Assembly (NCBI RefSeq): GCF_009834535.1
Contig: NC_045696.1
Span: 992,001-1,056,000, forward strand
Reading direction: 5' to 3'
Length of the DNA: 64,000 nt
Source of the DNA: Camelus ferus
Taxonomy: Eukaryota
A program made the position numbers and the translations under genes. Shown one piece after another: positions 21,228 through 33,200 of the stretch; within the stretch, counting starts at the first letter, position 1; every line of letters begins with the position of its first letter. Under the pieces are notes generated by a model. The model was not told the origin of the DNA. It saw nothing but the letters and a program-made list of their open reading frames with translations, and did no database searches.

Positions 21228-24200
21228 GCACGTGGGCGCCGCGCTGGGCGGGGGGCGTGCAGGCTGCAGGTGCTGGGGCTCCACGCCAGCCCCATGGTCA
21301 CCTTCACCCCAGGCCGCTTAGAGCGAAGGCAGGTCCAGCAGAGGAGTCCGTGGGGCTCTGAGGGACGAGCAAGAGTGGTGCCCCCCACGGGCTGGCCTGC
21401 CTGCCCAGAAGCCCCCGCCCGCCCGCCGGGCACTTGCTCCCAGCAGAGGCCGATTTGCCCAGAGAGATTACCGAAGGGATTTTCCTTCTGCTCAGCAGCA
21501 AGGACACAGGGTCTCACTGAGACCTGACTAACAAGCCCACGCAGGACGTGAGTCTCAGGTCGCACGCAGAACAGAAGCAGCTCAGGCGGTGTCCCCGCTG
21601 GGATCCGTCTCCATAAAATAAAACAGAACAGGACTCAGCGGCTGGTGGTTGATGGAGCGCACGGTCAGGGCTCCGGTCCGAGTCCCGGTCACCACCCTGC
21701 TTGTCCTGCCTGAGGACCCACCCGCGCCCCATGGCGGGGTCCCTGGCTGCCTGTGCCGTTTGCTCCCTGGGCCACACACCCTCGCCCCCAGCTCTGTCTG
21801 TCCCCTCCCATGTGGCCACTGGTCCCCACACCCCATGTCCTGGCGCTGGACCCCACCTGCTGGGCCCACCTGCCACCTGAGTTCTCCAGGGGGCCCCTGC
21901 CTGTCTCCGTGGCAAGAGCTTAGCCCCCAGCCCTCAGCAACCCCAGAATTAAGTCACATGGAGGTGCCGTGCAGACGAGGCCTGTCCCCTCTAAGTCGCC
22001 CTCGTGGGAAACAGGCTCCCAGCTGCATGTGTGTGAGTGCGTGCCACCCCCGGCCAGCACAGCTGCCAGAGGGGTCACTTCCCAGGTGAGCCCGGGTGGG
22101 GGGCTCTGCCCATCAGCTGGGACAGGCAGGGCCCTCGGGTTGCCTCCTGTGCCCCCCAGGCCCTGGCCTCCTCTTTGGAGCCACCGTCCCTCACACCCTG
22201 GCTCACCAGACAGCCTGTGTCCCTGGAAAAGTGCTCTGTCCTTAAAGGGGCTGTCATCCCACCACTGTGACTACTTAGGAGTGAGCCCGAGGGTGGCGCT
22301 CTGATAAAATAATACGGGAAATCTCTAAAGCAAAAGAGCGACGAATCCTGCCTTCCTGCCGTCTCAGGTCACATGTTAGCTAATCAGGTAGTAGGTTTCA
22401 GAAATTAAGCCGCCCACCAGGCTTCGGACGTGACCGTAGGGGCGGCCACGGCCGGTCCGGGGGGGGGCCTGGTGGGTCCGGGCCACCGCTGCCACCTCAC
22501 CCACACGGGTTCGGGCAGGTCCCGCCTGACTCTGGCCTGGTGGCATCAAACCCCAAGGGGCCCACCCTGTTCCAGGGTCCCCAGGGGCCTCCAGCTCGTC
22601 CTCCCCGGGCAGCGCCGCTGCACGTTGCTGCCCTGTGGTCCCCAGGTCGAGCCTTGCTGCCTCTGTGGCGGGCGCCCGGCTTCTGACTCCCTCGCGCCAG
22701 CGTGGCGAGGCGCTGTTGGACTGGTGCCCACCTGATGGGCAGCAGAATGGTCTCTGGCCACTGGAGGAGCTGCGTCTCCTTGACTTCTGCCCCGGTCCCG
22801 CGTTCCCGGCTGCCTCTGGTGCGTGGCCTCCACCGGCCTCCCCTCTCCCTGTGGGGCTCCTGGCACTGGCGGGGTCGGACTGCACGTGTGCGGCTGCCTC
22901 TGGTCTGCACCAGTCCCCTCACTTTGCGTCAGGAGACCCCTTTGCTGCAGCTTTGTGTTTTAATTCAGCCAGAGTTTACTTCTGGTTTGTGCGGAGCCTT
23001 GGCCTCCCCAGCTTCACGAAGCACCTCCCGGAGGGTCCCAGGCTTGCTGTTGCTCCTTTGGACCTGTGATGCGTCTGCATCCAAGCTGCTGGGTGGACTC
23101 CCCAGCCCCACGGGCCCGCCTCCACAGTGGCCCTTCCATTCCTTTCTGGCCCGCGGCTGACCCTCCCCCCATCTCTGGTGGGACCATGGGGTATCCTCGT
23201 GGCAGCCCTGTCCTGGCTTGCTCACTTGTCAGGCAGGATGCAGCGCCCCTCTAGGTGCCCCCAGGTGTTGGCTCGTGGACACCGCTCCTCTTGGAATTTG
23301 GATCCTGTGCCCTGGCCCTGCCTGCTCCCTTCAGAACCCCCGGCACCCCTCCTCCTGCCCTGAGCCCCACCCCAACTCGTCCTGGCTGCCGTGTGCCCCT
23401 GCCGAGCCTCCTGACTGAGGCCGCCTGGGCCCCGATCTTGGCACTGCTCCTGACTTCTGCCTGTCAGCCCGACCCGACCTGTCCAAACAGCGGTGTTGGG
23501 ACCGTGGCCCAGTGATGCAGGGCGGAGCCAGTGGGAGGCCAGCCTTGTGCCACTTGACAGACGCCGCGTTCCCCAGGGTCTTCATGGGCACCGTGCTCCC
23601 AGCAAGTCCCACAAGCGTGATGTGGATCAGACTCCCGCCTGGCCCGAGGCAGCCAGCCCCAGGAAAGCAGATCAAGGAATGCAGAGGAGGGAGTGGGGAG
23701 GCGGAGGAGGAAAACTGGCTGGCCTCCCGCGGCACTGACCCCATGGTGCCGACCCCGAAACCTTGCAGCTGAGCAAGCCATCTGCCAAGAGGTCTCACCA
23801 ACTGAGGGGTTGTCTGATGTTCCTGGAATTTTCCATAAACAGGGTCCAGCCCTGCAGCTGGCCCCGAGGCTCTGGGACCAGAGCTGAGCAGTCAGCTTCC
23901 CGCGAACCCCATGGACCTGCCCCGAGGCTGTGCCGGATGTCCTGGGGGCCTTTAGTGCTCAGTGTTCTGGGGGCCGCAGCCTTTCAGGTCAGCCCTGCCT
24001 CCTGGTGGGCCCGTGGGTCAGGAGGCCACCTGGCAGAGGGCCTGGGCAGGAGGGCAGGCTGCCTTGCAGCCCTGCAGGCTGTCAGGTGGGACCCGAGGGA
24101 GGCCGAAGCCTCTGAGAGCCCAGGGAGGCCCAGGGCTCACCTGATGCTACCCCGGGGATCAGGGCAGGGTCAGGTGGGGTTAGGAAAGGTAGGTGGACCC

Positions 24201-27200
24201 CCCAGGGCCTCGGGAGGAGCTCTGAGCACAGGGCACCTTCAATGTCCATCCCCTAGAAATGGGGCGAGGCCGAGAACTGTGCCTCTCCTGAGCTGGTACT
24301 GCTGCTTGCAGAGTGGGCCTGGGGTGGTCCTTCCCAGGCCACCAGGGGGACATCTGGCTCTCGCCCTGAGCGTGTCTGGCTGTGCTCCTGCCCTGCATGC
24401 CCAGGAGGGAGTGTCCTGCCAGGCTGGCTCCGTCTGTGTGGAGAACTGAATGGTCGAGGCTGTGGGCAGCCCCCCTGGCGAAGCCAGGAGTCCTGGCCCC
24501 ATCAGGACGTGTGTCCTAGTTTGCCTGATGAGGTGGGGGCAAGGGCCCAGCCCTGCCTGCTGTGTGGCCAGTGTGGGGCGGCTGTGGGGCCCTTCTCCCA
24601 ATTGTCCCCTGTGCCGTCCCTTCCTGTCCTCTGCCCTCTTTTCCTCTGTCATTCCTTCCCCTCCTGCGTGTTCTGCATGACCCGTCCCATGAACTCACCC
24701 TTTGTATTCCTGGCCTCTTCACTGCCCCTCGCTTTTGCCTCTCCTCCCGTGACCGAGGCGGCCGTGTCAGTGTGAGCGCGACTTGGTTATGACTCTGTTT
24801 TCCTTGCTGTTAGACTCATGTCGTTAGGTGAGATCACATCATGTTTTCGTCTCATTAAGACAGCTAAGCCTGGATTCGCACGATAACACGTAATTACCAA
24901 TGATTCGCAGGGTAATTGCAAGCTCTCTGTAGGCAATTGTGTCCTCACTCTGCGTGGTTTACAGTGGGAGTCTGCAGGTGTCAGTACTGAGCTGCTGTGT
25001 GAGAAGCATGCCCATGGGGGTGGGTTCAGGGCAGAGCGTGGTTTGGGGGTCAGGCTTTTCCCTGGCTGCCCTGGACGGCCTGAAGGGGCTGCACATTTTC
25101 AGAGGCTGGCTCCCGTGGTGTAGTTCTGGCAGGGGGCTGCGTGCAGGGCACAGGGGGCAGTGGGGTGTGGGCGGAGCTCTCACGTGGCAGGTGCCCGGAG
25201 CGGCAGGGCGGGGTCACGAGCCTCCGTGCCACGCAGGTCACCAACGAAATCACGCCGGTACTGTCGTACTCCTACCTGGCTGTGCTGGTGCCCGTCTTCC
25301 TGCTGACCGACTACCTGCGCTACAAGCCGGTGCTGCTGCTGCAGGGCCTGAGCTACGTGTCCGTGTGGCTCCTCCTGCTGTTCGGCTCGTCTGTGCTGCA
25401 CATGCAGCTCATGGAGCTCTTCTTCAGCGTCACCATGGCTGCCCGCATTGCCTACTCCTCCTACGTCTTCTCGCTCGTGCCCCCCGCCCACTACCAGCGC
25501 GTGGCCGGCTACTCGCGGGCCGCGGTGCTGCTCGGTGTCTTCACCAGCTCCGTGCTGGGCCAGCTGCTGGTCACTGTGGGCCGCGTCCCCTTCTCCACGC
25601 TCAACTACGTCTCGCTGGCCTTCCTCACCTTCAGCCTGGTCCTTGCGCTCTTCCTGAGATGCCCCAAGCGCAGCCTCTTCTTCAACCGCAGCGTGCCCGC
25701 CGGGGCCTCGCCCTCCGAGCTGGACCAGATGAACCCGGGCCCCGGCCAGCCCACGGGCGGCAGGCCCGGGCCGGCTGCGGCCTGGCGGGACTCGGCCCTC
25801 GCTCGTGTGCTCCGGGAGCTGGGCCACAACCTGCGGCTGCCGCAGCTGCGCCTCTGGTCCCTCTGGTGGGTCTTCAACTCCACCGGCTACTACCTCATTG
25901 TCTACTACGTGCACATCCTGTGGAACATGGTCAACCCCACCATGGACTCCACAAGGGTCTACAACGGCGGGGCCGATGCCGCCTCCACTCTGCTCGGTAC
26001 GCCCACCCGCCCCGCCCGCCCCGCCGCCCCCGAGGCCGGCCGTGACGCGCTCGTCTCCCCGCACAGGTGCCATCACCTCCTTTGCGGCGGGCTTCGTGAA
26101 GATCCGCTGGGCGGTGTGGGCGAAGCTGGTCATCGCGGCGGTGACTGTGGTGCAGGCCGGGCTGGTCTTCCTCATGTACAGGACGGACAGCATCTGGCTG
26201 TGCTACATGGCCTTCGTGCTCTTCCGCGGCTCCTACCAGTTCCTGGTGCCCATCGCCACGTGAGTTGGGTGTGCGGGCGGCCATGCGGGTGGCCGTGCGA
26301 GGGCCTGGGGCCTGGCCGAGTCGAGCAGATAGAGGTCGTGTGCTGTGTGTATCGAGAGGCCTCCTTCCAGAAGATTCCGGGGGAGCAGCAGGAGCGTGTG
26401 CTGGGCAGCGTGGAGCGGCGTCTGGGCGTGGTCCCAGTCAGCCGGGAGGAGCATGAACCCTGGGCGCCCTTAGCCAGGGAGCCACTTGTCCACAGCACCT
26501 CCTGTCCCAGCCACTGTAACCTCACGGCTAGGCAAGGAGCCTGGTCCATGTGGATGTCCCCTGTTCTCCCCCCGAGCCACTCACTGTCCACAGGGACCAG
26601 ACTTCGGGAAGCCCTTCCTCCCAGCCTCCGGGCCCTGCGTCTGAGTTCCCATCTCAGGTAGCCCTGTGGCCATTTTGAGCCTGTCCACTCCCACTCTGGG
26701 CACGGTGGCTCATGCCCAGGAGTGACTGGGTGACCCAGCTGGCCTTCTGCCCAGGGCAGCTCTTCCCCTGATGCCCTTGCGTTCCTCATGCCCCTGGGGG
26801 CAGTCCTGCACCCGCCCAGGGACGTCCCAAGAGCTGCCCGCTGACCTGCCTATGCCTTCCAGAACCTTCCTCAGCCCACGTCCAGCTGACTCCCTGCTCT
26901 CTGTGTGACTCCCTGAACCAGACCTCTCAGACAGCTGCACACGCGTGCTTCACGTGTTCACACCACACGCGTGTGTTTATCTCTCACGTGTTCACGTGCA
27001 GTCTTGTACACAGCACACACGCTCACACTGCCAGCACCTGGCAGGTGGCCTGACTCCCTTGTGTGGCCTGGCCTTCCATCCTCCCCTCCTGTCCACCTTT
27101 CCCCCTGGCTTTCTCAGCCTGTGAATGTCCTGGAAAGCACTTCCTTTGGTCACGCACTCCCCTCTCCTGTCACCGTCAGCCTTGTGGGAGGGGCGCCAGG

Positions 27201-30200
27201 GCCCCAGGTGTTCCACTCCCTTCTCTCAGGACCACCTAGTGTCCTGACTCCTGTTAACTGTAAGCACCGTAGGTGTGCGTGGTGGAAAGATCAGACAACG
27301 CAGGAAAGGTCAAGTAGGACACAGAAGAGATCAAATGGGACACAGAAAGGCATAAAGACGACGCGTCCTCCTCAGACCCGGGTCCTCACGCTGACACGCG
27401 GGGGTCGCTCTGCACCCCTGCCCCGCACGTAGCCGCGTGGCTCCGTCCGGAGTGCGTGCGTAGTCGGGCCTCTTGGTGATGGACCTGCCCTGATAGTTTC
27501 CTAGGACAGACGACACTGAAGCCACTTCCTCTCACCTACATTTTCCTTCCCAAATTCTGATAATGGCCTCAGGCGGGTCCTAGCAGGTATTGGTGAGGTC
27601 AAAGGGCATGCGCTTTAGAAGGAGGGTGGCAGAGATGTCGCAGGTGCCCGCCCGGCCAGTGCGCAGCCCCGGCGGGTGTCGGAGGGTGGCCGGGGCCAGT
27701 CGTCTTTCCTTAGTGACAGCAGGGCTGGCTCCCCGCTGGTGTCGTGGCCAGTTTGTGCCTGTGGGTTCTTCTTCTGCTGAGATTCCTTTTTTCCCTGTTT
27801 ATCTGCAGTGTGCTTATCTCCATATGTGGTAGGAGCTTCTGTCACAGACGTGACCCAGTTACTGTGCCCTCAGTCCCACTTCCGGGCTGGAGGAGCACCA
27901 TCTGAAACCACGTGTGGGTGGCGTGGTGTTCTGCCTGTGCCGGCGGGACCTGGTCCGGCTCCGGCTTCCCGGCAGTGAGTCTGTCGTCGGGGCCCCTGAC
28001 CCGCTCTCTTCTCACCGTCTGTTTGTCTGTCTGTGACCCTCATCCTGCCTTTTTGTGTATTTCTTCCCCCCCCCCCCACCTCCGCCCTCTCCACCCCAAC
28101 AGAAGCTCCTTGGCCTCGGTCGTTCTCTTTAAAGACTTCCTTGGGTATTTTTGTTCGTTTTTTCTTCAGAACTTTAGAACATTTGTTGTCCGGTTTGTTT
28201 TTTCAGGCACTCTGGGGATTCTAATTCGAAGTACGTTCAAATGTTAATTTCTTTGCTGAGGACTGGAAGCTCTGAGCATATTAATTCCTCTGGCTTTCCT
28301 TCTTTGTTTTCTTGTTCTTTCCCTAATTTACTGAATCATTTAACGACAAAAGACTTTGATTGAGGAATTTTCTTTGTGCTCTGTCTGTGCCTGTGGTTCT
28401 GCTGGTATCTTGCTCTCACGAGGGTGATTTTCTGAGACCTCTATAGTGATTATGATTTACTCCGTCCCACAGTTACTAGGGGACTTTACCCATCTTCCCA
28501 AGGTTGCATTTTGGACTTGGTTTATGAGTTGTTGTGGGAGAGGTGCCCAGCTGATCTAACCAGTCACCCGCAGCCTCAGCAGGCTGGCTGATCACTGGAC
28601 CACACGGCAGTTCTCGCAGCCACTGGCGGCTTGGGAGTTTCTCTCCGAGCTGGGTTCCTCTGCGCCTGAGGTCGGCCTTGCCCCTCACTGGGCTGGACCC
28701 CTGACCACGGCCTGCTCTTCCTGTTCAGTTTTCAGATCGCGTCTTCTCTTTCTCAAGAGCTCCGTGCGCTGGTCTTCGGAGTCAACACATTCCTCGCCAC
28801 TGTTCTCAAGACGATCATCACCCTCATCGTCTCGGACAAGCGGGGCCTGGGCCTCCCAGTCCACTCTCAGGTGAGCCCCAGTGTCGGGCTCACTTCCTCC
28901 AGGAGGGCAGCCTCTGGGGGGATGTCCTGTCCTGGCCTGGCCTCTAGGGGCCCACACAGCCAGTGGTGTTGCCTCTCCCCGGCACCCAGACCACAGATCT
29001 GCTGCAGTATGGGCATCTCCAGCTGGACCCTCTGGCCTGAGTGGGAGCAGGAGCAGGAAGGGAGAAGCCCCAAGCAGGGAGGGAAAGGTCAGGGGCAGGG
29101 GCCACAATCTGGCTGCTGCAGTGCCGGCCTGTGCGGCTGCTGCCTGGGTCCAGGCAGGACATGGTCGAGTTCAGTTAGGACGCTGGGGCCTCCGAGGCTG
29201 GCCCAGGGCAGGTCCCTCGGCAGGCACGCTCACTGGCCCTGGGTGTCCCCCACACGGGCTGGCATCCCGCCGTGCTGCCCCAGCCCTTGTCCTCATGCCA
29301 GGCCTCTGCCTGGGACGGGCCCTGGTGCTCGTGACTGCCGTTTGTCTCCTCTGTGGAGGGCCGGCGAGGGTGGAGCTGGCGAGGCTGGCGTTGATGTGTG
29401 TGGCCCCTTTCCAGGCCCTTCGTCTGACCCTGGGCAGGTTCTGTGCCTTCTGGAGAGAGTTTGAGAATTCCTGTCTGCCGTGATACTGGGGGGCACTCAC
29501 TGTGTGACTCCAGGTGGCTACAGCCAAGGCAGGACCTCTCGGAGTGCGCTGGAATTTGCCAGCGGACAGGCCCACGGCAGGGCCGGGCCCGGGCTCCCCA
29601 GGGGCCATGCTGCCCCACCCTCCGCTGTGGGCGCGGCCTCCTCTGCTGGGAGCCTGGGCCTCACAGGGGCTCAGTTGACCTTGTGGAGAAGTCCTGGCCT
29701 CTGTCCAAGGGTGCCAAGTCGTCCCTGCCTTGATGACCCCAAAGCTGGCCAGAAGGGGAGTTCTGAGCAGGAGAGACCCTCTTGCTTGGAGCCGGCTCCC
29801 GGGGCAGGGTTTAGAGGTGCCTTTCAGGGAAAAGCATTGCAGCCTCTGGCCCTCCGTCCACGCAGGCAGGCAGGTCAGTCCTGGCTCTGCTTCTCCGGGC
29901 TCACCGTCCCCAGTCCCCAGGCTGGAACCGGGGACTGTCCAACCAAGCAGGGTGGGCAGAGCCCCCCGTGGCCATGTGGGCTCGGGCCACGGTTGCGTTT
30001 GCAGCTGCGCCTGTGGGGCAGGGGCTGTCCTGAGGGCACGGCCCTGCTGTCCAGGGACGGTGGGTTGGAGTCTCCTTCACAGGGGAGACAGTGCCCTGGC
30101 CGGTGGGGCCTGGCCTGGCAGCTGTCCGGCACACCGGGGGCCTCCCTTCCCTGGGGCCCCCAGTTGTCTGGGCTCTGGGCCCTGGGGATCCGAGAGGCCC

Positions 30201-33200
30201 AAGGCTGGGGAGGGTCTGGAGAGCTCTTCCCCACGGCCTGGGCTTCCTTGCCTCCTGTCCCTGGCCCTCTTCACGTGGCTGCTTCTGGCCACATCGGGTC
30301 AGGTTGACAGCAGTAGATTGATTTTTCTCTGGCTGGTTTAGTTTCCCAGTTAAAAGGTAACTCCAGAAGTTTGTTTGTAGTTAGAAATACTGGCGGCACC
30401 AGAAGGAAGGGTCATCTCGCTGACCTTCCCTTGTGCAGAGCTATGCGTGTCCCTGTCCCTCCATCCTCACGGGTGAGAACGGGGCAGGTGTTCAGACCTG
30501 GAGACTGGTGGGGACTGGGACGGAGCATGTGGAGAGCTGGCCTGGGGTGGCTAAGCTTTATTTTTGGATCACGATAGGCTCACTGGCAGTGTGACCGGGA
30601 CACGTGCCCAGCCTCCCCATGGTCACGCCCTGCACTTCTCTGGTGCGAGCACTGCCGTCCCTCCTCACAGGGCCCCTCAGGCTCCCGTCCGTGGCCACAC
30701 CTGACCCACCCCGCGTCCTCCGGGCCCCGTCTCTATGGTGGTCTCATCTCGAGTGCGGCGTCTGTGGATCCTGCAGTGGGTGGATTTGGGGCTGCCTGTT
30801 GCCCACTCCCCTCGACGTGCACGGTGTGCCCCCCCCCCCCCCGTCTCGGTGCTGCAGGGGCTGGTTTACCGCTCCCTGCAAACAGCTCTGGGTCGGGGCT
30901 GGGAGGGTAGAGCCGCTCCTCACGCTTGCTTATGGCTTCTGTGAGAGCCTAGGTCTTCGTGCGGCCAGACGCCCCGGCGTGCAGACGCGGGCTCCCACGG
31001 TGGCTGCCCGTGTTTTCAGATGCTGCAGACTGTTTTGCACGGCAGCTGCCCCGTCGTGCGCGTTCTCGTCTGCGTCTGTGTTGGGCGTTGTCGGGTTTCT
31101 GTTGAGCAGTTTGGGAAGCTGTGGGGCAACGTTTCCTGTGGTTTTAGGCTGCTCTTCCCTGGGGCCGCCGACGCCCCACCCCCGCCGCTCTTCCCTGGGG
31201 CCGCTGACGCTCCCTCCACCCCCCGCTGCCGCCCAGTCCATTCTCTTGGGTGAAGTGTTTCTTCACTTCCCTGCCGTTTCCCAGTTGGGTCCTTTTTTCT
31301 CTCGTGAGTTTTGTGCACTGTTTATATGTTCTGCATGCGAGTCCTTTGTTGGGTGTGTGGTTTGCAGACGGTTTCCCCCGTCCGTAGTTGGTCCGTCTTC
31401 ACGGTCATCTGTGCAGCAGCTTTAATTTGATGAGGTCGGAGTTACTCATTCTCCCTCTTTGGGATCTCAGTTTTGGTGTCGCACTCAGTGACTCTGCCTG
31501 GCCCCGGGTCCCACACGCTTTCCCTTAGTTTCTCTGCAAAAGTCGTGTAGTGTCACATTTAAGCCTGTGACCGATTTTAAGTTCACTTTTGCGCAAGGTG
31601 TGAGGTCTGCATCCGGTTTCATTCTTGGTGGGTGTCCAGTGCCTGCGGCGCCGTCTGTTGAAAAGCCCGGGTGCTTTCCCACCGCTTGTGCGCGCCTGTT
31701 CCTGGCTGCCCTCCACCCCGCTCCGCTGAGCAGGGGGGCCCGCCCTGTGCCCCCCGCCCCCCTGCTGGGGGCAGGGGCTCAGCCCTGAGACCGGGTGCCC
31801 GGGTTCTCCAGCTTTTACATTCCTTTTTCAAAATCATCTTAGTTGTTATTGTTTCTTTGCCTTTTCCTATAAGTTTTAGAGCCATCTCGTCTGCATCTGC
31901 AGACCTCCTTGTTGGGGTTTTGCTCGGAGCCGCACTGAGCCTGCGTCAGTTTGGGGAGGGTGCTGCGCTGAGTGCCCCAGCCTGTGGCCGTGGTGTGCCT
32001 CTCCACTTGCTCGGAGCCTCCTCGGTTTCTTTCAGCATCTTGTTGTTTTTCATGTGCAAACACTGTACTGCTGTGCGTGTTTTGTTAGATTTATACTTGA
32101 GTGTTATTTTTTGAGCAATTGTAAATGGCACGGTTTTAATTTTGAGCTCTATGTGCTGGAGCTTCCATGACAAAATGCCAGCCTGGGCGACTCAAACAGC
32201 AGCATTTACTCTCTGACAGTCGGGAGGCTGGAAGTCAGAGGTCAAGGTGTGGGCAGGCCTCGTCCCTCCTGAGAACCTCCTCCTCAGCATGCCGGCCGCC
32301 GTCCCCTCCCTGTGCCCTCGTGTGGCCTTTCCCTTGTGCGCACAGGCACTCCTGGTGTCTCTCTCTCACAGGGACACCAGTCCTCCCGGATCAGGCCCCA
32401 CCCTTATGACCTCATTTGACCTGCCTGTTTGCAAGCACAGTGCGGGCTGGGGTTCCAGCAGGCTAATTTGGGGGTCACAGTTCAGCTCACAGCAGTGTCC
32501 AAGTGCTCACTCTAGCGCGGGCAGGCCTCACTCTTGCACTGTTGTGCAGACATTGCGTTTTTACAAATTGAAGATTTGTGGCAACGCTGCATCATCAGAT
32601 GAGGGTTAGCTTTTTTTAGCAATTAAATATTTTTTATTAAAATATGTGCATTGTTTTTAGACCTAATGGTATTGCACACTTAGTAGACTATACAGCAGTG
32701 TGTGCACAGCTCTCATCGTGCCCCGGGAAACCAGTCTGTGTGCCTTGCTTCATCGCAGCGTCTGCTCTGTCGCCGTGGCCTGGACCTGGGCCCGCAGCGC
32801 CTCTGACGCCTGCTTGCCTCGGACATGCTTCGGCGCCTGTGTCTTTTCTCGCATGATCTTGCTGAGGTCACACCGGTCACTTCTAGGAGGTCTCTTCTGA
32901 GTGCCCTTCGTGTGTTTTTCTTGCGTGACTGTGCTGGCTCGAACTTCAGTTGTTTCCTTTCCTCTGCTCGCTTTGGATTTGCTCCGCTCGTCTTTTTCTA
33001 GCTGAGACCAATGCCTTGCGACGCCGTCCCGTCTGATACGTGTGTTTCGTTGCCGTTCACGTCCCTCCCAGCCTGGCTGAGCTGCAGCCTCTTAGATTTT
33101 GATACGCTGCGTTTCACTTCCGCTCACTCAGCGTGTTTTCCCCTCCTTCCACACTTTCTCTTTGGCCTGTGGTGGTTGCGCAGCGTGCTGCGTGGTTTCC

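Noticed and set aside
25180..26193. 337-aa antisense ORF (and the 368-aa ORF at 24939-26045) as overlapping genes
   Set aside because: Shadow frames of a GC3-rich coding exon; no recognisable domain.
25141..26661. 506-aa ORF as a complete single-exon transporter
   Set aside because: Only 25237-25996 is RFC-like; the flanks are intronic read-through, and exon 26067-26259 is in another frame.
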